Of a DNA stretch of 64,000 nucleotides, positions 9,999 through 19,465 are shown in pieces (the stretch's first letter is position 1; the number at the start of each line of letters is the position of its first letter). A model generated the notes under the pieces. That model saw only the letters and a program-made list of their open reading frames with translations. It ran no database searches and was not told the origin of the DNA. The stretch is from positions 26,648 through 90,647 of IMG/VR virus record IMGVR_UViG_3300043603_000010. The stretch is one strand, 5' to 3'. Source of the stretch: a virus (lineage: Duplodnaviria > Caudoviricetes). A program made the translations under genes and the position numbers.

Positions 9999-10523
9999 GT
10001 GACCTGGAGCCCGCCGTTCACAGCGGTGGCGGGGAGCGTGTTCACCGCTGCCCAATTCAATCAGTACGTGAGGGACAACCTCAACGAGACCGGACCGGCG
10101 ATCGTAACGGCGGCCGGGCAGTACCTGGTCTCCGACGCGGCGAACTCGCTCGCGGCCCGCTCCCCGTCCCGTGCTTCGGTCAACACCAGCCAGACCACGA
10201 CCGCCACGTCCTACGGGGACCTGGCCACCGTCGGCCCGGTCGTGACCGTGGTCACCGGCACGTCCGCCCTGGTGACCATCGGGTCCGCGCTCCAGAACTC
10301 GGGTACCGCCAACTCCCTGATGGGGTGGGCCGTCTCCGGGGCGTCCACCATCGCGGTCACGGACGACGTCGGCGGGGCGTACGGCACCACCGGCGCCACG
10401 GTCACCGGGACCTTCCTCCAGACCGGGCTCACCCCGGGTTCGAACGTCTTCACTGCCAAGTACCAGGTCTCCGCCGGTACCGGGACCTTCACCTTCCGGA
10501 ACATCACGGTGCTTCCGTTTTGA
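9999..10523 (+). CDS. minor tail protein
   Basis: MTWSPPFTAVAGSVFTAAQFNQYVRDNL N-terminus typical of actinophage minor tail proteins; Thr/Gly-rich. Confidence 0.75.
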   Translation: MTWSPPFTAVAGSVFTAAQFNQYVRDNLNETGPAIVTAAGQYLVSDAANSLAARSPSRASVNTSQTTTATSYGDLATVGPVVTVVTGTSALVTIGSALQNSGTANSLMGWAVSGASTIAVTDDVGGAYGTTGATVTGTFLQTGLTPGSNVFTAKYQVSAGTGTFTFRNITVLPF

Positions 10524-10783
10524 CCACCGTCAAGCAGTACGTGCAAGCGATCCGGCCGGTGGCCCGGAAAGTCGGCCAGGCCATGGGAGCGGACGTCGGG
10601 ATCCAGTCGGAGGAGCAGCGCATCACGCTCAACCTGATTATGGGCATGGTGTGCGTCCTGATCAAACTCCTGGTGGACGCCGGACTGATCACCGACGCAC
10701 AGGTGACCGTGGCGTTCCAGACGTTCCTCAGCACGCCGAACGACTATCCGGACGTGCCGCCGCAACCGCCGTACGGCAACTGA
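10520..10783 (+). CDS. hypothetical protein (tail-associated)
   Basis: TTGA coupling to upstream gene; GC3-biased frame. Confidence 0.55.
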   Translation: MTTVKQYVQAIRPVARKVGQAMGADVGIQSEEQRITLNLIMGMVCVLIKLLVDAGLITDAQVTVAFQTFLSTPNDYPDVPPQPPYGN

Positions 10784-10796
10784 CCGAGAGGGTTCC

Positions 10797-11879
10797 ATGC
10801 GCATCACGGTCTACCCGGCGGACACCGCCGGTTGCGGCAGCTACCGGTTGCGGTGGCCCGCGCAGGCGCTCATCGCGCAGGAGAGCGGCCACACGATCCG
10901 GGTCCTGGACCCCGAGCAGCGCGACATCGAGCTGAAGATCAAGGACAACGCGGTGGAGCGCCTGGTCCTGCCGAAGGAACCGCCGGACCTGGTGGTCATG
11001 CAGCGGCTCACCCACCCGTGGATGGCTGCTGCCGTCCCGTTTCTGCGCGCTGCGGGGATCGCCGTGGTGGTCGACGTCGACGACGACCTGTCCGCGATCC
11101 ACCCCCGTAATCCTGCGTACATGAGCATGCACCCGCGACCGGCCCGGCTCGCGCAGCAGTACCGGGGGGAGATCCGGCACTCCTGGCAGAACCTGGTGTC
11201 CGCCTGTCAGGACGCGACCCTGGTCACCTGCTCGACTCCCGGACTGATGCCGGTCTACGCCCCGCACGGGCGCGGCGCCGTGGTGCGCAACTGCGTACCG
11301 GAGCGGTACCTGAAGGTGGAGCACCAAGACAGCGACGTGATCGGCTGGCCCGCCGCGCTGGTCTCCCACCCCGACGATCCCGGCGTGGTCGGCGGAGCGG
11401 TCGCCCGCATCGTCGGCGAAGGCGCGCAGTTCTGTACTGTCGGCCCGGCCACGGGGACCGGCGCGGCGTTCGGCCTGCTGCGCGACCCGGCCGGAGCGGA
11501 GATCGAGGACCTGTACGCGTGGCCGGACGCGGTGGCCGAGCTGGGCATCGGCATCGCCCCGCTGGCCGACACCCGGTTCAACCGGTCCAAGTCGGCGCTG
11601 AAGCCGCTGGAGCTGTCTGCTGTCGGCGTGCCGTGGGTCGGCTCGCCCCGGCCGGAGTACGCACGGCTGAACGCGCAGGGCTGCGGTGTGCTCGCCGACA
11701 CGCCCCGGCGCTGGTACAAGGAGCTGAAGAAGCTCCACAACGACGAAAAAGCCCGCACCGACCTCTCTGCCGGTGGCAGGGAAGCGGTGCGGGCGATGAC
11801 GATCGAGGGAAACGCGTGGCGCTGGCTGGAGCTGTGGGAACTGGCCGTGAAGATGCAGCGCGGTCAGGCGCCGGGATAG
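10797..11879 (+). CDS. glycosyltransferase (GT-B/GT4-like)
   Basis: MRITVYPADTAGCGSYRL start, VVDVDDDL, IGIAPLADTRFNRSKSALKPLELSAVGVP motifs. Confidence 0.85.
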   Translation: MRITVYPADTAGCGSYRLRWPAQALIAQESGHTIRVLDPEQRDIELKIKDNAVERLVLPKEPPDLVVMQRLTHPWMAAAVPFLRAAGIAVVVDVDDDLSAIHPRNPAYMSMHPRPARLAQQYRGEIRHSWQNLVSACQDATLVTCSTPGLMPVYAPHGRGAVVRNCVPERYLKVEHQDSDVIGWPAALVSHPDDPGVVGGAVARIVGEGAQFCTVGPATGTGAAFGLLRDPAGAEIEDLYAWPDAVAELGIGIAPLADTRFNRSKSALKPLELSAVGVPWVGSPRPEYARLNAQGCGVLADTPRRWYKELKKLHNDEKARTDLSAGGREAVRAMTIEGNAWRWLELWELAVKMQRGQAPG

Positions 11880-12226
11880 CCGATATCCCTGGCAAGCTTC
11901 ATGTAGTAGTCCACGAGGCTGACCGGTTCACCGGCCCGCACGGGCACGGGGTCGTCCCCGAAATAGATGGTCTGGTGGTCCTTGCGGGCGTTCGCGGTGA
12001 CCGGCGGCTGCGGTCGGAAGAACGCGACGACCAGGTCCGTCCATTCGCCGTGCACCAGTTCGCCCTGGCCCGGGACGGTGTCCCACGCCGTGGTGGCCGT
12101 CCACTCGTCACCGGTCCAGGTGTAGGTGATGACCAGGTCCCCGGCCCAGTCGTTCTGACTGTCCTCCAGGTGGACCCGGGTCATAACCGGTCCGGCCGTT
12201 GTCTCCAGATGTGTCGAACGGATCAT
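11864..12226 (-). CDS. hypothetical protein
   Basis: AGGAGAG RBS; last gene of the - strand arm, converging on the GT gene. Confidence 0.65.
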   Translation of the reverse strand: MIRSTHLETTAGPVMTRVHLEDSQNDWAGDLVITYTWTGDEWTATTAWDTVPGQGELVHGEWTDLVVAFFRPQPPVTANARKDHQTIYFGDDPVPVRAGEPVSLVDYYMKLARDIGYPGA

Positions 12227-12240
12227 TCTGCTCTCCTTGG

Positions 12241-13116
12241 TCAGTCGGCCGTCTCCTGGAGCATCCCCCGGAGCATTTCGAAGTCGAACAGGGGCTTCAT
12301 CCCGAACGCCGCGCGCACCCGGTCCTCCCAGTCCTGGGCGGTGAGATCCAGCACCGACAGCCCGTCACCGAACCGGTGGCCGGTCCAGCAGTCGGGGCGC
12401 ATCTCCCGCAGGCCGGTGTCGCTGTTCCGAAGTTCGATCATGCACAGCGCCCACTGCTCGGACGCGGGCAGTTCATCGAACCAGTCATCGTCCTCCTCCG
12501 TACGACCGAGCATCTTCCGGTTCGGGAAGCTCTCCGTCACGGAGTAGGACATCACTACGGGTTCGTCGTCCCGGGCCCGCAGGAGTGTGATGACGTCCTC
12601 CCAGCCCAGCGGAGCCTGCTTCAACGGAGCCCCGGGCCGGGGCTGGTAGCGCAGCGTCTTCCGGAAGATCCTCAGATCAAGACCTTCCTGCACGATGTCG
12701 GCGAGCCAGGCCCGGTTCGGACCGTCGACCCAGCCGTGGATCTCGTTCTGCCCCGCGATCCGGGCCGCCAGTCGGACTACGTCGTTCCCCATCACCAGTG
12801 CGGTGTTGAGCGCGAGCGTCAGCGGGTGCAGTTCGCGGCCCTGGTAGCGCATGAGTGCTCCGGCTCCGCCGGAGTCGGTCCGGAACGCGGTGCCGAAGTC
12901 GCGAGTCCAGTTCCGCGTGTTGGGGTTCTGGTAGGCGCCGTGCTTCAGGTAGTGCTCCGGCGGTACCAGGACGTACAGGTGGTCGGTGCCCGGGGACGTC
13001 CCGTCCAGGTTGAGCATGCCCACCGCGAGGTCGTAGACGAAGCCCCTCAGGTGGGCTCCCTCGGCTCCGAGCAGTTCGGCGTCCCCGGAGGGGGAGTTGA
13101 AGTAGATGCGGGACAC
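12241..13116 (-). CDS. hypothetical protein (291 aa)
   Basis: Long ORF with normal composition; GTG start with upstream purine tract. Confidence 0.75.
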   Translation of the reverse strand: MSRIYFNSPSGDAELLGAEGAHLRGFVYDLAVGMLNLDGTSPGTDHLYVLVPPEHYLKHGAYQNPNTRNWTRDFGTAFRTDSGGAGALMRYQGRELHPLTLALNTALVMGNDVVRLAARIAGQNEIHGWVDGPNRAWLADIVQEGLDLRIFRKTLRYQPRPGAPLKQAPLGWEDVITLLRARDDEPVVMSYSVTESFPNRKMLGRTEEDDDWFDELPASEQWALCMIELRNSDTGLREMRPDCWTGHRFGDGLSVLDLTAQDWEDRVRAAFGMKPLFDFEMLRGMLQETAD

Positions 13117-13129
13117 AGGAGTCCTTTCC

Positions 13130-13321
13130 TCAGTCGGTCGGTACGGTCAGTGCGGGGAGCGACAGCGTGATCTCGTCCACCCGGTGCTCCATGGCGGTGA
13201 TCTGCGCATTGATGTAGAGCGCGTACTTCGGGTCCATCCCGGCCAGCTCGGACCGCTTCTCCTCCAGCCGGGACCGGAGGCGCTCGCAGTGCTCACTCAT
13301 GTCCTGCGGGGACATCGCCAT
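13130..13321 (-). CDS. small coiled-coil hypothetical protein
   Basis: ORF track; tight spacing to WhiB. Confidence 0.6.
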   Translation of the reverse strand: MAMSPQDMSEHCERLRSRLEEKRSELAGMDPKYALYINAQITAMEHRVDEITLSLPALTVPTD

Positions 13322-13322
13322 C

Positions 13323-13835
13323 TCAGACCGCCTCCGGCAGGTGGACCGTATCCACTGCTCGGCTGCGGCCCTTGACGGCGATCCGTTTCGGTCCGACAGC
13401 CACGCTCCGTGGTAGCAGGGCCGATTCCGGGATCCGGTCGGTGAGCCACGAGTGCCCGCAGGACAGGCAGACCTGGTGCAGGTTCTCGATGCCGTCGGTC
13501 CCGGGCGCGTCCAGGACGGTGTCCACGGACCGGCACACCGGGCACTTGGCCCGGGACCGGCGCCGTCGGATGGCCGACCTGTTCGCCGTCGTGGTCCCGG
13601 CCCAGTTTCCCTCCAGCCGGTGCTCGATCGCGTAGGACAGGCACTCCGGCCGCACGGTGCAGTGGCTGCACAGGCGGATGATCATTTCGTCGACCCGGGC
13701 GTCCTCGTTCGCCGGGAAGATCAGATCGTCTAGCTCCTCCGGTCCGAGTTCCTTGACCAGCCCTCGGCAGAACGCGTCCTTGCTCCACTCCGGAGCCCGT
13801 GGCAGCGGCTCCCGGTTCACTGCGTATCCGCTCAT
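13323..13835 (-). CDS. whiB: WhiB-family transcription factor with extra C-terminal Cys/His motifs
   Basis: W..A.C, CxxCxVRxECL and GNWAGTT (G[VI]WGG-like) followed by basic helix; extra CPVC...CLSCGH. Confidence 0.85.
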   Translation of the reverse strand: MSGYAVNREPLPRAPEWSKDAFCRGLVKELGPEELDDLIFPANEDARVDEMIIRLCSHCTVRPECLSYAIEHRLEGNWAGTTTANRSAIRRRRSRAKCPVCRSVDTVLDAPGTDGIENLHQVCLSCGHSWLTDRIPESALLPRSVAVGPKRIAVKGRSRAVDTVHLPEAV

Positions 13836-13919
13836 TCCTCTGTCCCTGTCCCCAGCGGTGTTTTCTCCAGAATGGGGCCGGACCGGATCCGTGGACCCGG
13901 TCCGGTCGTACCAATACGG

Positions 13920-14099
13920 CTACCGCAGCACGACGGCGCGCGGCGTACGCCTGCGCACCCGGTCCGGCTGCGGCCGGTCGTCCTCGATCGTCAGCGCGAT
14001 GATCTCGCGCAGGGTCTTGGACCTCTGCTCCCGGGGTGCCCGCTCCCTGCGCAGCTGCGCACGGAGACCGCTGATCCGGGCCGCGTTCCTGGTAGCCAT
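13920..14099 (-). CDS. small basic hypothetical protein (59 aa)
   Basis: AGGAGAGAAC RBS before ATG; MATRNAARISGLRAQLRR... Confidence 0.55.
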   Translation of the reverse strand: MATRNAARISGLRAQLRRERAPREQRSKTLREIIALTIEDDRPQPDRVRRRTPRAVVLR

Positions 14100-14197
14100 C
14101 GTTCTCTCCTTGGTCGTGTACGGGATCCTTGCGCGCCCGCCGCTCCCTCACGGGGTACGCCGGTCCGGTACGGACCACGGCGGCGGGCTCTCCTCAC

Positions 14198-14413
14198 TCA
14201 GTTCCAGCGGGCCCCACGGTGCATGTCCGCCACCGACGCCTTGACGTCGGCCAGCAGGCTGAACCCGGCCGGGCAGGGGGCGGCCCCGTACCCGATGTGC
14301 GCGCACTGCGCGCAGCCGTCCCGGTGGTCCTCCCACCGGCCCAGGTCCCAGCTGTACGGCAGGACCCGGGTGACCGGGTCCCCGACCACGGGCACCGTGA
14401 CGAAGTCGTCCAC
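14198..14413 (-). CDS. small Cys-containing hypothetical protein
   Basis: GTG start; H..GCAQC...C motif. Confidence 0.5.
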   Translation of the reverse strand: MDDFVTVPVVGDPVTRVLPYSWDLGRWEDHRDGCAQCAHIGYGAAPCPAGFSLLADVKASVADMHRGARWN

Positions 14414-14417
14414 CGGG

Positions 14418-14765
14418 TCACCTCCGCTTCTCGGTGAGGGACGTTCCGCCCTCCACCGGCCGCAGCGCTCCGGGGCAGCGTCGGGCCCCGTCCCGGGACT
14501 GCCAGACATGGCCGTCGTGGTCGTACGGCTCCAGGCAGTCGTCCACCGGTTCCCCGTGCACGCTGTACCTGCGGATGAGCCGGTTGTCCTCCCGGACATA
14601 GTCCATCAGCAGCCAGACGGACCGGGTCCCGGATCCGATGATGATCCGCTTCGGTCCTTCCCGGGTGTATTCGACAGCCAGGAAGTTCTCACCCCCGGCC
14701 GCCAGATCGTTCAGGGCGTCGGCGATCCGCAGGCCCAGAAGGGCGCGCTGCTCACTGCTGATCAC
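14418..14765 (-). CDS. hypothetical protein
   Basis: GTGA coupling with thyX stop. Confidence 0.6.
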   Translation of the reverse strand: MISSEQRALLGLRIADALNDLAAGGENFLAVEYTREGPKRIIIGSGTRSVWLLMDYVREDNRLIRRYSVHGEPVDDCLEPYDHDGHVWQSRDGARRCPGALRPVEGGTSLTEKRR

Positions 14766-15493
14766 GGTGCGGTCCTTCCGTAGTCGTCGAACAGCTCCAG
14801 GGCCACCGGGACGATCCGGCGCGCCTGCTGCTCCATCAGCTCCGCCACCATCTCGATCTCCTTCAGGGGGAAGGTGGGGACCGTGGTGGCGCCGGTCACC
14901 CGCCGCAGCGACAGGAAGTTCATCAGGCTGCGCAGGTTGATCGTCAGGATCCAGGACGTGTAGATGTTGACCGGCAGCACCATCCGGGCCACTTCGCGGG
15001 CGATCCCGGCGTCCAGCATCTCCCGGTAGCGCTGGTAGGACTCGGTGCTGTTCTCCATGATCAGGTTCCGCGCCCGGTGGTACTGCTGGTCCCGGCCGGG
15101 GCCGAACACGTAGGCACCCGGCTTGCCGGTCTGCACCATCGGCCGGTCGCCCCGGGGCAGGTAGAACACCGGCTCCAGCTCCCGGTACCGGGCCGACGTC
15201 TCGTTGATCGAAGCGATCCGGTGCCGATGCGCCTCACGGGCCACGAACACCGGGGCGTCGATGAAGAACCGGAAGACCACCGACTCCCAGGGGGTGCCGT
15301 GCCGGTCCCGCATCAGCATGTTCAGCAGACCCCGGTCGGACTTCGTCAGTCCTCCGCCCTTGCGGTCCGCCCGGCTGCCGAGGTACGGCGCCACCCGGGC
15401 GGTGTCGCAGACAACGGTGTCGTCGCCCATGCTGTCGAGCAGCTTCACCGACATGTCACTGCGGAACCGGGTGTCCTGCTGCGGGGCGGTCAC
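14762..15493 (-). CDS. thyX: FAD-dependent thymidylate synthase ThyX
   Basis: RHRIASINETSARY signature (RHRx7SxR), HGTPWE, REVARMVLP, INLRSLMNFLSLR. Confidence 0.95.
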   Translation of the reverse strand: MTAPQQDTRFRSDMSVKLLDSMGDDTVVCDTARVAPYLGSRADRKGGGLTKSDRGLLNMLMRDRHGTPWESVVFRFFIDAPVFVAREAHRHRIASINETSARYRELEPVFYLPRGDRPMVQTGKPGAYVFGPGRDQQYHRARNLIMENSTESYQRYREMLDAGIAREVARMVLPVNIYTSWILTINLRSLMNFLSLRRVTGATTVPTFPLKEIEMVAELMEQQARRIVPVALELFDDYGRTAP

Positions 15494-15831
15494 CACGGAT
15501 TCCCCGGGCAGTAGCGCGTCTCCTGGGCGGAGACGCCCTGAGCCCAGTAGTGGCTGCCGTGGTCACCGAGCAAATGGCAGACGCGGACCGGGACCGGCTC
15601 CACCAGCAGCGGAGCCGCTGCGGCCGGGTTGAGGGCCGCTTCACGGCGAATCGCGTCCACGGCCCGGTCCACTCCTGTCTGGACGGTGTCCAGGGCCGCG
15701 TCCACGCCCGCGCGGAACCAGCGCAGGCCGTCCGCGTGCGCCGGGTCGTCCACCGGCTGGAGGGAGGACGGGACGGCGACGCCCTTGTAGCGGCCGGAGC
15801 GCAGTTTCCGCTCTGTCTCGGTCAGCTTCAC
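15490..15831 (-). CDS. hypothetical protein
   Basis: GTGA coupling; C-terminal CH...H...CPG metal-binding-like motif. Confidence 0.6.
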   Translation of the reverse strand: MKLTETERKLRSGRYKGVAVPSSLQPVDDPAHADGLRWFRAGVDAALDTVQTGVDRAVDAIRREAALNPAAAAPLLVEPVPVRVCHLLGDHGSHYWAQGVSAQETRYCPGNPW

Positions 15832-16028
15832 GTCTGTGCCTCCGCCCATGTCACGATTGCCGCGTACTGGTCGGCGATCTGCTGTGCGTGCTCGACCTGA
15901 CGGTCCAGCGTCTCCTTGTCGAGCAGGGAGAACGGGCCGTCCCTGTCGGATTCGTACTGCGCCAGCGCCAGGTCCGCCTGTGCGAGGGAGTAGCGCAGCT
16001 CCGCCAGGACCACACCGTCGATCTTCAT
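15828..16028 (-). CDS. hypothetical protein (66 aa)
   Basis: ATGA coupling; GAAGGAGGGG RBS. Confidence 0.6.
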   Translation of the reverse strand: MKIDGVVLAELRYSLAQADLALAQYESDRDGPFSLLDKETLDRQVEHAQQIADQYAAIVTWAEAQT

Positions 16029-16216
16029 CGACGCCCCTCCTTCCAGCAGTCGGAGCAGATGTCCCTGCCGTTCTTCGTCCGGTGCCAGCCCGCCCGACGC
16101 GCCTGACGTCGTGCCTCGGCTTTGGTTCCGGCATCCGGGATCGACCCGGAGTCAAACGGACCCTCGTCATGCTCGGGTACGTCGCAGAACAGGAACGCTC
16201 GTAGATAGACCGTCAC
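16025..16216 (-). CDS. small Zn-finger-like protein (paralog A)
   Basis: FCD...H ... GWHRTKNGRDICSDCWKEG; GTGA coupling. Confidence 0.65.
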   Translation of the reverse strand: MTVYLRAFLFCDVPEHDEGPFDSGSIPDAGTKAEARRQARRAGWHRTKNGRDICSDCWKEGRR

Positions 16217-16407
16217 CGCTGCCCCTCCTTCCAGCAGTCGGGGCAGATGTCCCGGCCGTTCTTCGTCCGATGCCAGCCCTGCCGCCGGAGTCCCTTGCGA
16301 GCAGACGTGGCCGTCGGCCGGGGACCGAGAGGGGAGTCCCAGGCATCGCACCGCGCTCCAGTGTCCTGGTCGACTCCGTCACATTCGATATACGCTCTCG
16401 CGGTCAC
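16213..16407 (-). CDS. small Zn-finger-like protein (paralog B)
   Basis: ECD...C ... GWHRTKNGRDICPDCWKEG; shares ~58 bp with paralog A. Confidence 0.65.
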   Translation of the reverse strand: MTARAYIECDGVDQDTGARCDAWDSPLGPRPTATSARKGLRRQGWHRTKNGRDICPDCWKEGQR

Positions 16408-16790
16408 GAGTTCACCTCCGTCATGCAGTGCCGCTCCCAGGCGCGGGAGACGTCGTCCAGCGTGGCCTCGGATGTGCTGCCGGAAGCCGAGGACAGCAGC
16501 GCCTTGCCGCACTGGCAGTGCGGTGCGATCTCCGGCGGCAGCGTCGGCGGGCAGTGCGCGAGCCACTGCGCGAGCACGGGTAGCCACGGCTTGTCGGGCC
16601 GTAGCGGGATCGGAGTGAAGTCGCGCCCGCACTGGCACCGGAAGTAGAACTCCACGTCCCCGTACTCGATCACCAGGGCGTGGCCGGAGGCGTGCTCCAG
16701 GACCAGCGCGTGGCCTCCGGCCACCGTCTCGCGGAAGTCGGGGTCCGGCGGATCGGCAGCCAGGGGCTGGTAGAATGCGCGCTCAGGCAC
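16404..16790 (-). CDS. hypothetical protein with two CxCG...W.xH(C) repeats
   Basis: RCQCG...WLAHC and HCQCG...WERHC. Confidence 0.65.
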   Translation of the reverse strand: MPERAFYQPLAADPPDPDFRETVAGGHALVLEHASGHALVIEYGDVEFYFRCQCGRDFTPIPLRPDKPWLPVLAQWLAHCPPTLPPEIAPHCQCGKALLSSASGSTSEATLDDVSRAWERHCMTEVNS

Positions 16791-17163
16791 GGGGAGTCTC
16801 TTCCGGCGCAGTCTCCCGGTACAGCCGGAGGATCATCCGGATCTCGCTGGTGGTCAGGTAGGCCGTGACTCCGCTATCGGTCCAACCCGACTCCTCCCGG
16901 TCGCATTTCTCCAGCAGCCGTGCGACGCGGACCGGCAGCGGACCGGCAGCCTCACCCGGGTCGGCGTTGTGCGCCTGTGCCAGGCTGATCAGGACGGCGT
17001 ACTCCTCCGCTCGGCTGTCGGCCTTGGCGGACCGTCGCGCATGCTCTTCCTGACCGAGAGGGCCGATTGACGCACGCTCCTTCTCCCGGTAGGCAGCTGC
17101 GTACCGGACATACGTGGCATGCTCCATGCGCAGGTCCGCCAGGACCAGCTCACTGATTTTCAT
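16783..17163 (-). CDS. hypothetical protein
   Basis: AGAGGAGAAC RBS, ATG. Confidence 0.65.
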   Translation of the reverse strand: MKISELVLADLRMEHATYVRYAAAYREKERASIGPLGQEEHARRSAKADSRAEEYAVLISLAQAHNADPGEAAGPLPVRVARLLEKCDREESGWTDSGVTAYLTTSEIRMILRLYRETAPEETPRA

Positions 17164-17539
17164 CGTTCTCCTCTGTCATGCCTTTCAGGGTGCTGACCTT
17201 GGCGAACAACTGCTTGGCCGCGTCGGATTCCAGCAGGGTGGCTGCCTCCTCCTTCGCCATCGACGTACGCCCGACCAGATCGGCGGGTACGCGGAAAGAA
17301 GAACCGTCGTCCCGGACAACGCCCCTACGGATCATCTCCGCAGTGAACCGGCCCTGGTCCGGATTGCCGTCCCGGAAGCTGAGCGACTCCGCCACCCGGG
17401 CGTCATGCTCGCGCTGGTCGGCGCGGACAGCTTCCTCGAACTCGGTCACCCCGTCCTGGAGCGAGTGCGCCGGGATCTCTGCGTCGATCCCTGACCGCAG
17501 AGCGGCCAGAGCCGTCTCGTAGGTGTCGTACGTGCTCAC
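17150..17539 (-). CDS. hypothetical protein
   Basis: GTGA coupling, GGAGGAG RBS. Confidence 0.65.
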   Translation of the reverse strand: MSTYDTYETALAALRSGIDAEIPAHSLQDGVTEFEEAVRADQREHDARVAESLSFRDGNPDQGRFTAEMIRRGVVRDDGSSFRVPADLVGRTSMAKEEAATLLESDAAKQLFAKVSTLKGMTEENDENQ

Positions 17540-17688
17540 TTCGACTCCTCCCGGAGGACTTCGCTGATCTCCTGCACCAGCTTCGCCGCCCGGCGCTTGC
17601 GCGTCAGGAAGTTAACAGCGGCGCCCCAGACGACCGACCACATGCCTCCGACAGCGGCTCCGGCGATGAACTCCCAGGACATGCTCAT
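17536..17688 (-). CDS. small membrane protein (50 aa)
   Basis: MSMSWEFIAGAAVGGMWSVVWGAAVNFLTRKRR: TM helix then basic stretch; ATGA coupling. Confidence 0.6.
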   Translation of the reverse strand: MSMSWEFIAGAAVGGMWSVVWGAAVNFLTRKRRAAKLVQEISEVLREESK

Positions 17689-18110
17689 CCCTCCGTCCTC
17701 TCGATCTGTGCGCTTCCGAGGTTCCAGCAGGGCGAGGTACCGAGGGTTACGGCGGTCACGCGCCAGCTGGTGAACTCCAGGCCAGGACTGCCGTTACCCG
17801 TATTGCCGTAGTGGATCAGGGCGGAGTCGGGGATGTCGTCCACGTCCAGTTCCATCCACACGGCACCCTGCGCAAGCGCGTCGGCGATGTCCGGGTCCGT
17901 GAGCGTGCCGGACGCGGTCAGGATTCCGTCCCGGATCTCCAGAGCGTCTATCGTGCCCCCGTAGCTGGCCAGTTCGTCGTAGCCGCCCCGGACCGGCAGC
18001 GGGAAGGCGTGGTGCCGTACGGTGCCGTCGGCAGGCGCGCGCAGCATGCGGCCGTCGTGCGTCCAGGTGTCGAGCAGGGCGATCGGGGCTGTGAAACGGA
18101 TCGTCTTCAC
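17685..18110 (-). CDS. hypothetical protein
   Basis: GTGA coupling. Confidence 0.6.
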   Translation of the reverse strand: MKTIRFTAPIALLDTWTHDGRMLRAPADGTVRHHAFPLPVRGGYDELASYGGTIDALEIRDGILTASGTLTDPDIADALAQGAVWMELDVDDIPDSALIHYGNTGNGSPGLEFTSWRVTAVTLGTSPCWNLGSAQIERTEG

Positions 18111-18310
18111 CGCACACCGCCCCTCAGCCGAGCGAGCAGGATCCGCGCCGTCTCGCCGGTGAACGCGTCGTCTAGTTCGTCCGCCGTGAGCGCCAGCACG
18201 GCACCCATGGGAGGGATGTCGGCCCGCGTCCAGCCGTCGGGCGCGGTCGGGTCCAGTACCGCCCAGCGGCCGGACACCTGTTCCGGCGTGCTCTCGGTCT
18301 TGTCCGTCAT
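18107..18310 (-). CDS. hypothetical protein (67 aa)
   Basis: GAGGAGAG RBS; ATGA coupling. Confidence 0.6.
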   Translation of the reverse strand: MTDKTESTPEQVSGRWAVLDPTAPDGWTRADIPPMGAVLALTADELDDAFTGETARILLARLRGGVR

Positions 18311-18654
18311 CTCTCCTCATTCCTTGTCGGGTCTGAAAGGTTCTGCTCGCGCCAGTGCGCGATTCCGGACGCGTTCGCCCGGCGGCACTTGGGGCACGGA
18401 GGTTCACCGTTGCGCAGGTGCCTCCGGTAGGCGGTGCGGTCACCGCAGTCCTCGTACCAGCCGATCAGTCCGTGCAGCACGGCCAGGTGGACCGCGTGCA
18501 CGGTGCTCCTGGCGTCCAGCTTCCGGATGGCCCGGTGCACGGCCATCCGGGTTCCCGCCTCGGTGGTTCCGAGCCGCTTGGCGGCCTGGTGGTTGGTGTC
18601 CCCGAGCGCCATGCGCTGGAGCGCGTCCGTCTCCCGCCGTGTCAGCGGTTTCAC
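18307..18654 (-). CDS. LuxR-type HTH regulator fused to Cys/His motif
   Basis: LTRRETDALQRMALGDTNHQAAKRLG...KLDARS LuxR HTH; C-terminal CG...RRHLRNGEPPCPKC. Confidence 0.8.
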   Translation of the reverse strand: MKPLTRRETDALQRMALGDTNHQAAKRLGTTEAGTRMAVHRAIRKLDARSTVHAVHLAVLHGLIGWYEDCGDRTAYRRHLRNGEPPCPKCRRANASGIAHWREQNLSDPTRNEER

Positions 18655-19190
18655 CGGACCGGGCCGGTCATCGTGTACGCGTCCGGGTGGAGTGGGCACC
18701 CGACGTGCCGGTCGGCGTGCATGTGCCGACGGCCGTCCGCCGCGCAGTGCGGAGAAGCGGGGCAGGTCGGCGAGCAGCGGCAGACCGCTCCGGCCGGGGG
18801 CTCGCGCCAGCCGGTCCATCCATGGTCGTCCTTGTCGGCGGTCCAGGCGGCCAGCGCGGCGGTGTCCGCTGCGCTCAGCGTCCCGATACCTCTGCCGCCT
18901 GACGCCGACTTCCAGCCGACCGAGACCGAGACGGTACCGGGGAACGGCGACCGCAGCCGGGCATAGTGCAGAGGGGTCTTGAACACCAGCTCCCGCAGGT
19001 GGTCAGTGCCCAGCCAGGTGCGCAGCTCGGTGAACTGCTCCCGCTCCAGCAGGAACGACGCCCCGCCCCCGATGGTCCGGTGGAACACACGCAGATCCGT
19101 GGTGCGGTCCAGCGGCTTCCGGTACCGGGGTCCGAGTTCGACCACCGTGCGACCGTCGGCACAGCGTGCCTGGAATCCATCGATCTTCAT
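18651..19190 (-). CDS. hypothetical protein with C-terminal Cys/His-rich motif
   Basis: GAGGAGAGAAC RBS. Confidence 0.65.
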   Translation of the reverse strand: MKIDGFQARCADGRTVVELGPRYRKPLDRTTDLRVFHRTIGGGASFLLEREQFTELRTWLGTDHLRELVFKTPLHYARLRSPFPGTVSVSVGWKSASGGRGIGTLSAADTAALAAWTADKDDHGWTGWREPPAGAVCRCSPTCPASPHCAADGRRHMHADRHVGCPLHPDAYTMTGPVR

Positions 19191-19220
19191 CGTTCTCTCC
19201 TCGATCAAGTGGTGCTCGTG

Positions 19221-19293
19221 AGCCCCGAGCAGGTCTCGAACCTGCTGCCTGCTGATTACGAATCAGCTGCTCTACCGGATGAGCTACCGGGGC
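19221..19293 (-). tRNA. tRNA-Thr(CGT), canonical cloverleaf, no encoded CCA
   Basis: GCCCCGG-TA-GCTC/GAGC D arm, GCTGA-TTCGTAA-TCAGC anticodon arm, GCAGG-TTCGAGA-CCTGC T arm, TCGGGGC. Confidence 0.85.
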
Positions 19294-19363
19294 GGGAGGA
19301 GCTTTCTTCCAGAAGGACCGTCGCCGGGTATCTGGCCCGGCGGGGTACTCCCCGCCTTCTTCG

Positions 19364-19435
19364 CTCCCGCTCCGGGGCTCGAACCCGGCCAGCCGACGCC
19401 ATGGACGCCTGCTGTCCTCCGGCAGTGGTGCGGGA
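19364..19435 (-). tRNA. degenerate tRNA-like element, anticodon position CAT
   Basis: T arm CCGGG-TTCGAGC-CCCGG, 6/7 acceptor pairs, weak D and anticodon stems, C33. Confidence 0.5.
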
Positions 19436-19465
19436 AGGTGCCCGGCCGGAGCCGGGCCGTACGGG

